This document shows positions 31,965-45,571 of a stretch of 64,000 nt of DNA, one piece after another; the first letter of the stretch is position 1; every line of letters starts with the position of its first letter. Under the pieces are notes generated by a model, which made no database searches, was not told the DNA's origin, and was given only the letters and a program-made list of their open reading frames with translations. Both the position numbers and the translations under genes were made by a program. Source of the stretch: Eledone cirrhosa (taxonomy: Eukaryota); NCBI GenBank assembly GCA_964016885.1, contig OZ024741.1:116188001-116252000 (forward strand). Reading direction: 5' to 3'.

Positions 31965-34663
31965 AACATAGACTGATAATTAGCGACCTCATAGTCAGGA
32001 CGAGACGTACTCGACAGCAGAAGAGGACTATCCTCAGGAGAAAAATATGGAAGCTAAAGGATCCCACAGCCAGAAATAAATTTCAAAGCATATTACTTGA
32101 TGCTTTCGACAGTAAGGAAGAACATTTAGAGTCGGACAATATAGAGGGACAGTGGGAATTTCTGAAAGCAAACCTGCTGTTGGCGACAGACGAAGACTGT
32201 GGCTGGAGCAGGCCTGTAGGCAGGAGGAGAGTAACATGGTGGTGGAACAGTAAGGTGGAGGAGTCAATTAAGGCCAAAAAGCAGGCTTGGAAAGTATGGC
32301 GGGATGGGGGAAGTAGAGAAGACTATCAAGTGGCCAGGAGGGAAGCTAGGAGACAAGTGTACTTAGCAAGAAGGGAAGCTGAGGAAAGAAAGTTCAAGCA
32401 TGTTCTACAACGCGATGACCAAAAACGTGAGGTGTTCAGGATTGCCAGGCAATGCGTCAAGGAAAACCGTGATATTGTCGGGGAGAAGTGTGTACTTAAC
32501 GATGATGGCATACTTGCCATCACCGACGCTGATAAGAAGGTAGCTTGGAAGTGTCACTATGAAAGGCTACTAAATGAGGAGAATAAATGGGAGAAAGACA
32601 GTCTCCCCCATATCGACCCAATAGAGGGACCAGCAGTGTTAGTCGAGGGGAGTATAATAAGTAAGGCAATCAAGGATATGAAGACGGGTAAGGCGGCTGG
32701 GCCTTCGGAAATAGTTGCTGAGATGCTGAAGGCATCTGGCACGGTGGGACACACCATGGTCACCCGCATAGTTAACCAAGTCATACAGAATGGGGTTGTT
32801 CCGAAGGACTGGCATAGCAGCATCATCATTAACTGTTATAAGGGTAAAGGAGACGCACTAGATAGGAGTAACTATAGAGGCATTAAATTAATCGACCAGG
32901 TCATGAAGGTCACGGAAAAAGTAATAGCACAACTAATCAGAGAGAGAATTGACCTAGATGAAATGCAGTTCGGGTTTGTGTCAGGCAAAAGTACCACAGA
33001 CGCTCTTTTCATTGTACGACAACTACAGGAGAAGTACCTAGCTAAAGGTAAACCCCTCTACTTAGCTTTTGTCGACTTGGAGAAAGCCTTCGACAGAGTC
33101 CCCCGCTCCATTATCTGGTGGGCTCTTAGAAAACTAGGCGTTGACGAATGGCTTGTGAGAGCTATACAAGCCATGTATAAAGAAACAGTCAGCAAGGTTA
33201 GAATTAACAACGAATATAGTGAAGAGTTTAGCGTAAAAGTTGGCGTCCATCAGGGCTCTGTTCTCAGCCCCCTACTATTTATTATTGCCCTTCAGGCTAT
33301 AACAGTGGAGTTCAAGACCGGCTGCCCATGGGAACTCCTATACGCAGACGACCTGACACTCATAGCGGAATCAATGGCCGAGCTAGAGAAGAAATTCCAA
33401 ACATGGAAGCACGGCCTAGAATCAAAAGGACTTAAAATTAACCTGGCTAAGACTAAAGTTCTAGTTTGTAGGAAAGAAAACAAGGCGGCGGTCCCTTCTG
33501 GGAAATGGTCGTGCTCGGTGTGTAGGAAAGGCGTAGGTAGAAACTCCATTTTATGTCCTAAATGCAAAGTATGGGTGCATAAAAGATGTAGTGGGATCAC
33601 AGGTAAGCTAGCTAAGAACATAGATTTTACATGTGGCCGGTGCTCTGGTGCAACAAGTAGCAGCAAGTGCCCACAAAATACTAGCTCTTTCAATTGCGCA
33701 GAGGGTTCTATAGTAATAGTGGACAGCTTCCGTTACCTGGGTGATAAAATCAGCAGTGGGGGAGGGTGCTCTGAAAGTACAGTAGCTAGAGTCAGAACTG
33801 GTTGGAAAAAGTTCAGAGAGCTTATACCACTATTAGCTGCTAAAGGGTTCTCCCTAAAAATGAAAGGCAGGTTGTACGATGCCTGCATACGAACAGCAAT
33901 GTTGCATGGCAGTGAGACCTGGGCACTGTGTGCAGAGGATATACGCAGACTAGAGAGGAACGAAGCTTGCATGCTCCGCTGGATGTGTAACAGTAATATA
34001 CGTGAACGGCAAAGCATAAACGAACTAAGGAAAAAATTAGAGATAAGAGGGATCAGATGTTGTTTACTCGAGAGAAGGCTACGTTGGTATGGACACGTGA
34101 TGCGCATGAAAGTCGATAGCTGTATAACAAAGTGCAGGGCAATAAAGATAGACGGTAGCCACGGAATAGGCAGACCTAGAAAATCCTGAGACGAGCTGAT
34201 AAACTCCGACCTCACACACTTACACCTCTCCAAGACAATGTCACTGGACCGAGACCTTTGGCGGTACTCAGTAACAGAGAAGACCCGCCTTGCCAGTAGG
34301 CATCTCTAACAAAATACACCCCGTCCCGCCACCACCCCCACCCCATCCACACCACCCCGTTCTATGTAAAGTTATGTTGGTGCCGCGCCATCCAGGCCGA
34401 AACAAATGAGATCGTGTAGGTGTCATAACAAAAAAACACACAGTCCACGCTGTAATGTGGCCGTGTAGGCAACACGGTAAAAACCTCCCAGACCCACACT
34501 GTAAATGTGGTTGGTGTTAGGAAGGGCATCCAACTGTAGAAAACCTGCCAGACAGTCCTATGCGAGCAAGACAATCACTCTTGCCTCAAGTGGGACTACC
34601 CCCGTCCAAACCCATGCAAGCGTGGAACACGGACGTTAAACGTTGATGATGATGATGATGATG
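31961..34663 (+). mobile_element. RTE-clade LINE family A, young 5'-truncated copy (RT with PHD finger, 3' UTR)
   Basis: About 740 uninterrupted codons: FVDLEKAFDRV, GVHQGSVLSP, YADD, FRYLG; single TGG>TGA at 34187; (GAT)n tail. Confidence 0.97.
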
Positions 34664-34665
34664 AC

Positions 34666-35056
34666 ATCTGGAGAGAAATGAGGCAAGCATGCTCCGTTGG
34701 ATGTGCAGTGTAAATGTGCTTGAACGACCCAGCTTAAATGTGTTGAGAGAGAAACTGTGTCTGAGAGGGATAGAATGTAGTGTACGGGAGAGGAGACTGA
34801 GGTGGTATGGACATGTGATGCGCATCGAGGATGACCGATGGGTGAAGAAGTGCCAGGAATTGCCAGTTGAAGGTAGACGTGGTAGAGGTAGACCACGAAA
34901 AACATGGGCGGAGGTGGTGAGAACAGACCTCAGATCATTGAAGCTCACGGTGGAGATGACGAGGGACCGTGACGAGTGGAGAGATGCTGTGCTGAATAAG
35001 ACCCGTCCCACCCTTGTAAGCAGGGAAAAGCGGACGTAAAAATGATGATGATGATG
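34666..35056 (+). mobile_element. RTE-clade LINE family B, 3' fragment
   Basis: [39 protein letters not shown]; very short 3' UTR and (TGA)n tail. Confidence 0.92.
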
Positions 35057-35061
35057 ACATC

Positions 35062-35153
<92 letters not shown>

Positions 35154-35310
35154 TATCCACACACATCCAGCCATATATATATATATATACACACACACAT
35201 CCAGACATATATATATATACACACATCCAGACATATATATATATACACACATCCAGACATATATATATATACACACACATCCATATATTTATATATATAT
35301 ACACACACAT

Positions 35311-35351
<41 letters not shown>

Positions 35352-35794
35352 TCCATATATATATATACACACACATCCATATATCTATATATATATGTAA
35401 GTATGTATGTATACGTACATACATATATGTATACAGACGTACAGTAGCATGCATATATATACATATATATATATATATATACATACATACATATATATAC
35501 ATACATGCACACAGGTACACATACATATATGCACGCATCAGTTTAGCCGACGTTTATTATAACGCAGCTTTGTTCGTTTGTTTGTCAACAAACCGAACAG
35601 CCTGAATTTATGCCATACGGTGTTAAGGCAACCACGTCACCTTTTTGTTCAACACTGACACAGGCACGATGTACTAGTTTCAAGCTTGTTAGCTATCATC
35701 AGCACCGTTTACCCATCTGCCAGATAGTTGAACGTTCGAAGTAAGTGCCATACTAAGAGTGAGAAATGAAATTTCGTTTTCATTTTTTTTTCAA

Positions 35795-35835
<41 letters not shown>

Positions 35836-35891
35836 CCATATATATATATATATATGTACACATCCATATATATATATATATATGTACACAT

Positions 35892-35930
<39 letters not shown>

Positions 35931-35933
35931 TCC

Positions 35934-35968
<35 letters not shown>

Positions 35969-36290
35969 TCCATATATATATATATACACACACATCCATA
36001 TATATATATATACACATCCACATATATATATATATATATATACATCCTCATATATATATATATATATATACATCCACATATATATATCTACACATCCACA
36101 TATATATATCTACACATCCACATATATATATCTACACATCCACATATATATATCTACACATCCACATATATATATCTACACATCCACATATATATATCTA
36201 CACATCCACATATATATATCTACACATCCACATATATATATCTACACATCCACATATATATATCTACACATCCACATATATATATATAAT
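35057..36290. repeat. (TA)n/CACATCCA compound microsatellite including ~21-bp units at 36070-36290 (interrupted by unique 35535-35790)
   Basis: Repeating CACATCCACATATATATATCTA-like units. Confidence 0.85.
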
Positions 36291-36452
36291 CTCAGCAGCA
36301 ATAACATCAATAACAACAATAACATCATTATCACCACCAACAACAACAATTCCAACACCAATAACAACAACAGCAACAACACCAACAACATCAGTAATAC
36401 CACCACCAACAACACCACAAATAAAAACAACAGAATCAATAATAACAGCTAC
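36290..36452. repeat. Imperfect (CAA)n microsatellite
   Basis: Direct inspection. Confidence 0.9.
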
Positions 36453-36619
36453 AAAGTTTCTTTAAAAATATAATCCCAGATAATTAAAATGATATTATTA
36501 TCAGTGGTAACGAGGAAATAAATCTCGTCAGGGTTACGATGTCTAGATATACCAAATGAGATTTTAAAATATTGATAGGAATGGATGTGTGTGTGGGGGG
36601 GGGGGGGGGGGGGGGGGGC

Positions 36620-36896
36620 AGTGTATGTGTTAGTGATTACATTAGTGTGTGTGTGTATCTATAAATTTGTGTGTCTGTAAATGGTAAATGTGTCTGTGTG
36701 TGGGTCTGTGTATGTATCAGTGATTACGTTAGTGTGTGTGTGTGTGTGTGTATCTGTAGATTTGTGTCTGTAAATGTATCTGTGTGTGGGTCTGTGTATG
36801 TATCAGTGATTACGTTAGTGTGTGTGTGTGTGTAGCTGTAGATTTGTGTCTGTAAATGTATCTGTGTGTGGGTCTGTGTATGTATCAGTGATTACG

Positions 36897-36935
<39 letters not shown>

Positions 36936-37250
36936 CTGTAGATTTGTGTCTGTAAATGTATCTGTGTGTGGGTCTGTGTATGTATCAGTGATTACGTTAG
37001 TGTGTGTGTGTGTGTGTGTGTAGCTGTAGATTTGTGTCTGTAAATGTATCTGTGTGTGGGTCTGTGTATGTATCAGTGATTACGTTAGTGTGTGTGTGTG
37101 TGTGTGTGTAGCTGTAGATTTGTGTCTGTAAATGTATCTGTGTGTGGGTCTGTGTATGTATCAGTGATTACGTTAGTGTGTGTGTGTAGCTGTAGATTTG
37201 TGTCTGTAAATGTATCTGTGTGTGGGTCTGTGTATGTATCAGTGATTACG

Positions 37251-37287
<37 letters not shown>

Positions 37288-37560
37288 CTGTAGATTTGTG
37301 TCTGTAAATGTATCTGTGTGTGGGTCTGTGTTTGTGTCAGTGATTACATTAGTGTGTGTATGTGTGTAGATTTGTATGTCTGTAAATGTGTCTCTGTGGG
37401 TCTGTGTATGTATCGGTGATTACGTTAGTGTGTGTATGTGTGTAGATCTGTATGTCTGTGAATGTGTCTCTGTGGGTCTGTGTAATGTGTCAGTGTTTAT
37501 GTTAGTGTGTGTATCTGTGTAGATTTGTGTATGTGTGTGTGTGTCTATCTGTGTAGATTT
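36620..37560. repeat. Minisatellite: 68-bp constant unit plus variable (TG)n, about 10-11 copies
   Basis: TAGCTGTAGATTTGTGTCTGTAAATGTATCTGTGTGTGGGTCTGTGTATGTATCAGTGATTACGTTAG-(TG)n. Confidence 0.92.
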
Positions 37561-37997
37561 GTGTATGTGTGTGTATGTGTCTACATATAGATTGGGGGGG
37601 GTAGTGTATACGTTACTGTATGTGTGAATGTGTCTATGTGTAGATTTATGTATGTGTGTAAATGTGTGTGTAGATTTGAATCTGTGTGTCGGTTTGTGTA
37701 TGTTTTTGAGATTATGTTTGAGTGTGAGAGAGTGTTTGAGTAAGTGTATGTTAGTGCAAGAGTGTGTATATAATTCCTAACCTTCTATTTCTATCTATTT
37801 GCAAAGTCTTAACACAAAATTACACGTATATATATATTCACACACACATACACACACATTAACACTCATGTATATGTACATACATACATCAGTTCCCTTT
37901 CTCCCCCTTTCACTCACTTTATATATTTCACATGCTCAGCAAAAACAAACAGAAATAGCTTTGAATGACAAGATTTTGTCAATAATAGAAATATAAT

Positions 37998-38063
<66 letters not shown>

Positions 38064-38349
38064 CTGTCTGAGTGATTGTGAGATAAGGGAGGAGGAGACA
38101 GAGGAGGAGGACCTAGAAATATAATTTTACTTAAACATTTTTTAGACAAATAATAATATTTATTCCAGTGAAAAGGATCATGAGTAAGGAGGAATATTAG
38201 ACAGTCAGAAAGTATTTGGTTTCAATCTAGCCACATTCTGGGTCTCCACTTTAACCCCATTTTACCATATTTCTAATAAAAGATACAGCCAATGATTTTC
38301 AAATAAGTTTGGAAATAATCAAGAATTTTGGAGGGATTTAGTAATATAG

Positions 38350-38510
38350 CAAGAAGCAGCAAATTAGCAGAGTTGTTAAAATGTCAGATAGAATACTTTG
38401 TAGAATTAATCCCAACTCTTTGTTCTCCGAGTTCAAAATCCACCATGGTCAACTTTATTTGTCATCCTTTTGAGGTCATTGAAAATGTACCAGTCACGTA
38501 TTAGGGTCGA
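38350..38510 (+). mobile_element. Nin/Deu-like SINE (type C), degenerate
   Basis: GAGTTCAAAATCC..GGTCAACTTT..TCATCCTTTTGAGGTC..AAAATGTACCAG. Confidence 0.6.
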
Positions 38511-39125
38511 TTCTTCCTCTATATCTCTTTTTCACTTTCTCTCAATCAACTTCATTATTCTCTGGAAGAAATCGACTGTATTTAGACTTGGAGAGGGGAT
38601 GGGCTCTGCCACGTTTAAAACATATCCCCAAAAGCCATATATTACTACAGTGATGCAGACATTGTGCTATTTTGTACATTTCTTAATGAATGTCTTACTA
38701 AAGTGGTTTCATGTGATACAGGACATTAAGAGTTAAAACAGCCAGTTTGTATTATAGAATCAGTGTTAATTACAGTTGGTTTGGTATAAAAAAGGTTAAT
38801 AATCCTCTCTTTTGAAAGAAGCTAGATTAAAATAAATATTGGTAAGAAACTAGTGTGCCCATTTTATCCTCTATAGCAAAAACTTGCTACAAAATTTACA
38901 TTGAGGTTGATGATAGGAAGCACATCCAGTCAGTAAAACCTTGCCGTAAATATGAAAAGTACAACATCCAATCAATGCAAGCATGGAACAGCAGACACAA
39001 AATGAATAATATATACTAAGATATGTGCTATATAGATATATTCAGAGATATAAATTTATCATATACTTTGGTTGCTTAGATAAACTGTATATACACAGAT
39101 ATAAAATATAAAATAATAAGGTACA

Positions 39126-40452
39126 GAACTAGACTATTGTCTATCTTGACCAATTATATAGTCAGTAACTATATACAGAATAGACCAGTGTTTATCTTAA
39201 ATAACTAGTTATATAGTCAGTAACTATATATATAATAGACCAGTGTTTATCTTAAATAACCAGTTATATAGTCAGTAACTATATATAATATAGACCAGTG
39301 TTTATCCTAAATAATCAGTTATATAGTCAGTAACTATATACAGAATAGACGAGTGTTTATCTTAAATAATCAGTTATATAGTCAGTAACTATATATAGAA
39401 TAGACCAGTGTTTATCTTAAATAACCAGTTATATAGTCAGTAACTATGTATAGAATAGACCAGTGTTTATCTTAAATAACAAGTTATATAGTCAGTAACT
39501 ATGTATAGAATAGACCAGTGTTTATCTTAAATAACCAGTTGTATAGTCAGTAATTATATATAGAATAGACCAGTGTTTATCTTAAATAATCAGTTATATA
39601 GTCAGTAATTATATACAGAAACTTACCAGTGTTTATCTTAAATAACCAGTTATATAGTCAGTAACTATATATAGAATAGACCAGTGTTTATCTTAAATAA
39701 CAAGTTATATAGTCAGTAATTATATATAGAATAGACCAGTGTTTATCTTAAATAACAAGTTATATAGTCAGTAATTATATATAGAATAGACCAGTGTTTA
39801 TCTTAAATAACCAGTTATATAGTCAGTAACTATATATAGAATAGACCAGTGTTTATCTTAAATAACAAGTTATATAGTCAGTAATTATATATAGAATAGA
39901 CCAGTGTTTATCTTAAATAACCAGTTATATAGTCAGTAATTATATATAGAATAGACCAGTGTTTATCTTAAATAACAAGTTATATAGTCAGTAACTATAT
40001 ATAGAATAGACCAGTGTTTATCTTAAATAACAAGTTATATAGTCAGTAATTATATATAGAATAGACCAGTGTTTATCTTAAATAACCAGTTATATAGTCA
40101 GTAATTATATATAGAATAGACCAGTGTTTATCTTAAATAATCAGTTATATAGTCAGTAACTATATATAGAATAGACCAGTGTTTATCTTAAATAATCAGT
40201 TATATAGTCAGTAACTATATATAGAATAGACCAGTGTTTATCTTAAATAACCAGTTATATAGTCAGTAATTATATATAGAATAGACCAGTGTTTATCTTA
40301 AATAACAAGTTATATAGTCAGTAATTATATATAGAATAGACCAGTGTTTATCTTAAATAACAAGTTATATAGTCAGTAATTATATATAGAATAGACCAGT
40401 TATATAGTCAGTAATTATATACAGAAACTGACCAGTGTTTATCTTAAATAAC
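39126..40452. repeat. 55-bp minisatellite, about 24 copies
   Basis: TAGACCAGTGTTTATCTTAAATAACCAGTTATATAGTCAGTAACTATATATAGAA; period 55 (39181, 39236, 39291...). Confidence 0.97.
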
Positions 40453-41774
40453 TATTTTTTTTTCTTCTAAATGGCTGACTAGAATACACACGTGTGTTTT
40501 CTCAAAAAAGATTTTTTTTCCATTTCTTACTCTTCTCACTTTCTTATCTTTCTATTTCATCTTTTATTTCTCATTCTATGCTCTAATGAAGGACTAGTGT
40601 CTCAAATGTATGACTCTCTTCCTACTACATCAAGCATTAAACTAATATATTTCTTCATTATACTGTGTTGTTTGCTTTTGTTGTTTCTGTTTAATGTTTG
40701 CGCGTATGTGTGTGTATGTGTGTGCGTGTGTGTTTGTGTGTGTGCATATATAGTTGGTAGCCATATACAGCATTAGACCAATGCTTATCTTAAATAAACA
40801 GTTATATAGTGAAGGCCAATGTCTATATCACATACTCAGGTATATGTCTGGCTTATATTTTGTTGATTTTCACTATTTATTTATCCACAAAAGGCATTAA
40901 GTGAGCTAGGGGATACTCCAACTGGAAATGATTAAATTTATTTGTATATATTATTATACCTAAATGTGAGTGTTTGTGTGTGTGTGAATAGTATACATGG
41001 CTATATGTATACATATATATGTAATACATATATATGTAATACATATATATGTAATACATATATGTATGTATGTATATGTGCATATATGTGTGTGGATGTG
41101 TGTGTATATACATACTTATTCATATATCTCAATTATATCCCACCAGGGATGAAGATGAAACAAAATGCACACACAGACACACATACGCAGACACATGCAC
41201 AAATATATATATATATATATTATATATATATATATATCTGATAAGACATTTATTTATCTAAACCTTCCTCCTCTACCACTTCCCATCAGTGACTGCCCCC
41301 TCTTCCACCTCCTTACTCCAACACACCAATCTGCTGTAATCTAGAAAAATCAGTCAGTTGTGCCATTCAGAACAGCTGAGTTACTAATACTGGGAGGATT
41401 GGGGTAGTGGGGGGAACTGTTTGTGAAGGCAGTGGAGGTGATGTGAGGAGGTTGGGGGTACCTAACAGTGTTGATAAAATATAAATAAGTACATTTCTGA
41501 AAAGATGGCATCTCTAAACTGGCTTGCTTACAAAGTATATAGAGGACAAAATATTGTGTGTGTGGAGTATCTGCAACAAAGAAAAAAAGAGGGGGGGTCC
41601 GGGTAGCACTCATATTTTCCATGCTGACATGAACAGGACAGGACTTTCTGAGGCGATGTTTTACAACAGGATGCCCTTCCTCACACTAGTCCCTTTAATC
41701 ACTCCTTACAACACCCAGGGATATGTCATACCTATTCTAGACTGGATACACACGGTTTACAATATATATATATT

Positions 41775-42555
41775 AATCTATTTCGTGCTCCAGCCGAGAG
41801 GTTGAGGCCATGCTGGGGCACTGCCATTGATGCTACACTTTCTATAACCAGCCTTCCCTGGTTGGCCATTAATGCAATAGGGAGTTTGTTACTGCCACCC
41901 TTATTTGCACTTTGCCTCATGCTGTGGGTTCATCAGGGATATTGGTCAGTAGAATGTCAAGATGTCTCTTGAAAACATCGACAGATGAGACTTTTGTCAC
42001 TACACAGTGTTCTCTGGTTTGTTGGCTGGTCCTGCCTTCAATGTCGAAGTTTGGTGCTAACCCTTCCAGGATCTTCCATACATATATCACTGCTTATCTC
42101 TCCTGTCTTCGCTCCAGGGAGTAAAGCTTTAATTTTTTTCATCCTCTGCCAGTAGTTCATCTCTTTCATTGAGGCAATCCACTTGGTGTAGCTTTGTTGG
42201 ATTGCTTCAAGTTCTGCAATTAGTTTGACACTGTGGGGTGATTACAGCTGAGACCAATAGTCCAGTCAACTGAGGACAAAAGTCTTCCAGAGGACCAACA
42301 TGGTTTCCGGATCTCTTGTCCTGAAGGTCCTCAGAATCCAACCCAAGAGTTGTCTGCACATTGCTGTTATTTTGGTGATGTGTGCATGAAACAATATCAT
42401 TGCTCATCTCAATACCTAGGTCCCATATTGATTTTGACTTGTGGTGGTTCTATTTTTGTGGGTTGATAGTGGAGGGCTTGAAACTTGCTTGCATTAAATT
42501 GCATATTGTTGTCTTCAGCCCATCCATATATAGCATCTAAATCTTGTTGTAAGAA
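41775..42555 (-). mobile_element. CR1-group LINE, old deleted copy related to 20504-22110
   Basis: TGAGGCCATGCTGGGGCAC 3' end and patchy homology through RT C-terminal region. Confidence 0.85.
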
Positions 42556-43108
42556 AGTAAATTTTTACTGCCAGGCAGAATATATTACAACCTGTTGTTT
42601 TTCATATATTTTAGTTGGTTTATTTTTTAATTCTAGAAAAACAATGATATATTAACAATATTGTTATTTTCTGACATCTTTCACTAAAGAATTTTAAATT
42701 AATTTATTTTATTTATTGAAATAGTAATTGTAAGTTTTGTTTATTTAATTAATTAATTACTGAAATATTATAATTGGTATTCTATTTTATTATATAGTAA
42801 TTAAATTATATAGTAATTAAATTAATAAATTATTGAAATATTTGAGGTAGGTATTTTTATTTACTTCTTTAATTAGTTATCGAGATATTAGGATAGGAAC
42901 AAACATATTCTTTCATTTTTTTTTTCATTTCCTCTGAGGTGAGAAACTAAAAAACTAAAAATCATTTGTTTCTTGTGAAACGCCAATGTAATATGCCACT
43001 ATATGAACAATGAAAGAATTCAAGACAATGCTCATAGCTTGGAGCTTGGTTGGTGGTTATCCATCAAACAACCTAATTAAAGACATTATATGTTGATGTT
43101 CATATATA

Positions 43109-43208
43109 CAGGGTGTCCCAAAAGAATGTATACAACTTCAACAGCATTTTAATAAATATTACCTGTATAGGTAATCAAAGTGTGTATACATTTTTGGAGG
43201 CCACCCTG
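43109..43208. mobile_element. 100-bp Tc1/mariner-type MITE
   Basis: TA-CAGGGTGTCCCAAAAGAATGTATAC...GTATACATTTTTGGAGGCCACCCTG. Confidence 0.75.
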
Positions 43209-43220
43209 CATATATAATAG

Positions 43221-43548
43221 TCATCATCATATATCCACTTCTCCAACCTTGCATGGGTAAGACAGGTCCTTTCCAGCGCAGCCTTTCCTCCGCTCATAAT
43301 GACTCTTGCTCATCTCCTCTGTGAGGTTCAACATTTTTAAATCAGCTCTTATCACGTCTGCCGATGTTTTTCTCAGTCTTGCTCGACTGCAACTTCCTTC
43401 CACTGAAATTTCTTCACTCAGTGACCATCATGCCTACACAATATATCCACACCAGCACAGTCTTCTCTCTTGCACACTACATTTGATTCCTCTTATATCT
43501 AGTTTTTATCTCAGTTCATCCACACCTTATCATTCATACACACTAACA
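43221..43548 (-). mobile_element. RTE LINE 3' remnant
   Basis: Reverse similarity to 34700-35050 (IRGIKCSVQERRLCW.G, tail CCCATGCAAGG..GATGATGA). Confidence 0.7.
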
Positions 43549-43869
43549 AATATTTTAAAATGAATAAAATATTTCCATAAGTATGATAACAACAGATATT
43601 ATATAGGTCACGTGAGGACAATACATGTGGCAGAGTCAGTACAACATGGTGAAGCAGATATAGCTGTGTGTTTAACTATTTTGCTTTATTATTCCAGGTT
43701 CAATCCCAATGTAGACCACGTTAGGCAACAGTCTTCTACCATAGCATTAAGTTGATCAATTCCATGTCGAGGGAAATTTAATAAATAACACAGAAAAAAT
43801 GCAGAATAGTTAATCCTTTTGATAACAAAGCACATTAAACTGCACCTTGGTTCTATGATACAAATCTGT

Positions 43870-44190
43870 TTATTATCATCATCATTATTGCGACTATGGT
43901 CAAACACTCCAGACAAAATCTCTCCACAATTCCTAATTTTCCACTGCTCCTGGCAACTGCTCCCTACTGAGGTTTCTATCGTCTAAGAGTTGATCAATAA
44001 ATGTTCAAGCAGGTTTTCCTCTACTGCTTTCTCTCGTGAGTTGTTTCCCACAATAGTAGCATATGTATAACTTCCTGCTTACTTCTACTGCAATGTCCTG
44101 CAAATCATAACCATTTATTATAGAATGTTTATATTTATCTAAAAACCTCCCACCACAATTTATGGACGAACCTTTGTTAAGTTGCTTCAA
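43870..44190 (-). mobile_element. RTE-like LINE 3' remnant (family C-like)
   Basis: Minus frames give GHCSRSKQEVIHMLLLW..RGKPA.TFIDQL..LWRDFV, similar to 18500-18718; (GAT)n tail. Confidence 0.6.
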
Positions 44191-44514
44191 AACACTAACT
44201 TAATAATGAGAAAGTTAGATATGTTATTAACTCTCTTCAAATTCTTGGTTGTTTTCAAAATTATTTTAAAATCACAGGACAGTAAACTGGTATTAGATTT
44301 TATTGGCATGACATGAGTGAGATTTGAAGTGAGAACATAAATAGCTAGAACTGATAAAAGTTGTTTTGTTGACCACTCTAATAATTGTGCCAAACCTAAA
44401 CCTTTGCCTTCCTACATATAGAGAAACACACATGCATAGATATAGACACACACATACATAGAGATACAATTACACATACAGATACTACACACTCACTTAC
44501 AACACACAGGAATC

Positions 44515-44862
44515 AATGAATTTCCGTTGGTTTCAACGACAAGTGTTCCAGTCGTTGATTCAACAGAACAGCCTCATGACAATGTTATAAATGGGGTGGC
44601 TGAGCATTCCATAGATATGTACCCTTAATGAAAATATCAGGGAGATTCTGCATGACATAGTGTTTGACAAGGCTGGCATTTTGAATTACAAGTACAGTCC
44701 ATCTGATGGGCTTCGAAACAGTTTCTGTTTACCAAATTTTATTTACAAAGCATGAGTCGACCTGAGGCTATAGTAAATGACACATGCCCAAGATGCAACA
44801 TGGTGGGATCAAACCCAAGCCCTACTGATTGCAAAGCAAGCCTCTTAGTCATTCATCCATGC
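44515..44862 (-). mobile_element. tRNA SINE (type B)
   Basis: Homologous to 462-810 and reverse of 47785-48130. Confidence 0.75.
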
Positions 44863-45571
44863 ATACACAGATATACACACACAAACAGAGCTACTGGCCC
44901 TTGAGTGCATTTAGCAGAGACCCCTCTGTTGCAAGCACTTGGATCAGCTCTCCAGTTTAAGGATACCTTCCTCTCCCTCCCACTAGTCTTGGAAGAAACC
45001 TTGAAAAGGTTCATGGGCATTGTGCCAGACTTGAAAAATAAATGCACTGGGACTAATATGATCAACTAAAATTTCCTTCAATGTGAAACCAGTATAAAAA
45101 TAAGAGAATACAGAAATAATAATACACACATACCTGAAGAGATATGCACACAAACACACACACAAGCCTATATAATAACACAAGTATATTACGCATCAAA
45201 CTTTGTCACCATGCCAGGAACACTTCCCTCTCCAGTCAAGCTGCATTGCTGTGCAACTATAACTATATTTAATGCATGCAGTTACCTTACAAACATCTAA
45301 ACACATCAGTCGTCAGCAACATGCCAGAATAAAGCTGGAATATTTATTTTTAAAATGACTGCCAATGTCTAATTTGTGTCAATAAACTACACACACGCAC
45401 ATACGTGTGTGTATGTGCGTACATGTTCACATGTGCTTATGTGTGTATATGATATAGACAAACAGCTAAGATTATTATTAATATGAACATTAACTCATTC
45501 GTTGCCATATTTCTAATGAATGTCACTGTCTATAATTTTCAAAGAAATAAATCAAGAATTTGGAGGTCTTC

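Noticed and set aside
39126-40452. CRISPR-like regular repeats (also 36620-37560)
   Set aside because: No unique spacers, no cas genes, eukaryotic context; simple minisatellites
41350-41462. Possible terminal exon on minus strand (YPQPPHITSTAF..NGTTD*) after an AG acceptor
   Set aside because: No partner exons or recognisable homology, and patchy similarity to positions 1-115 suggests an old repeat
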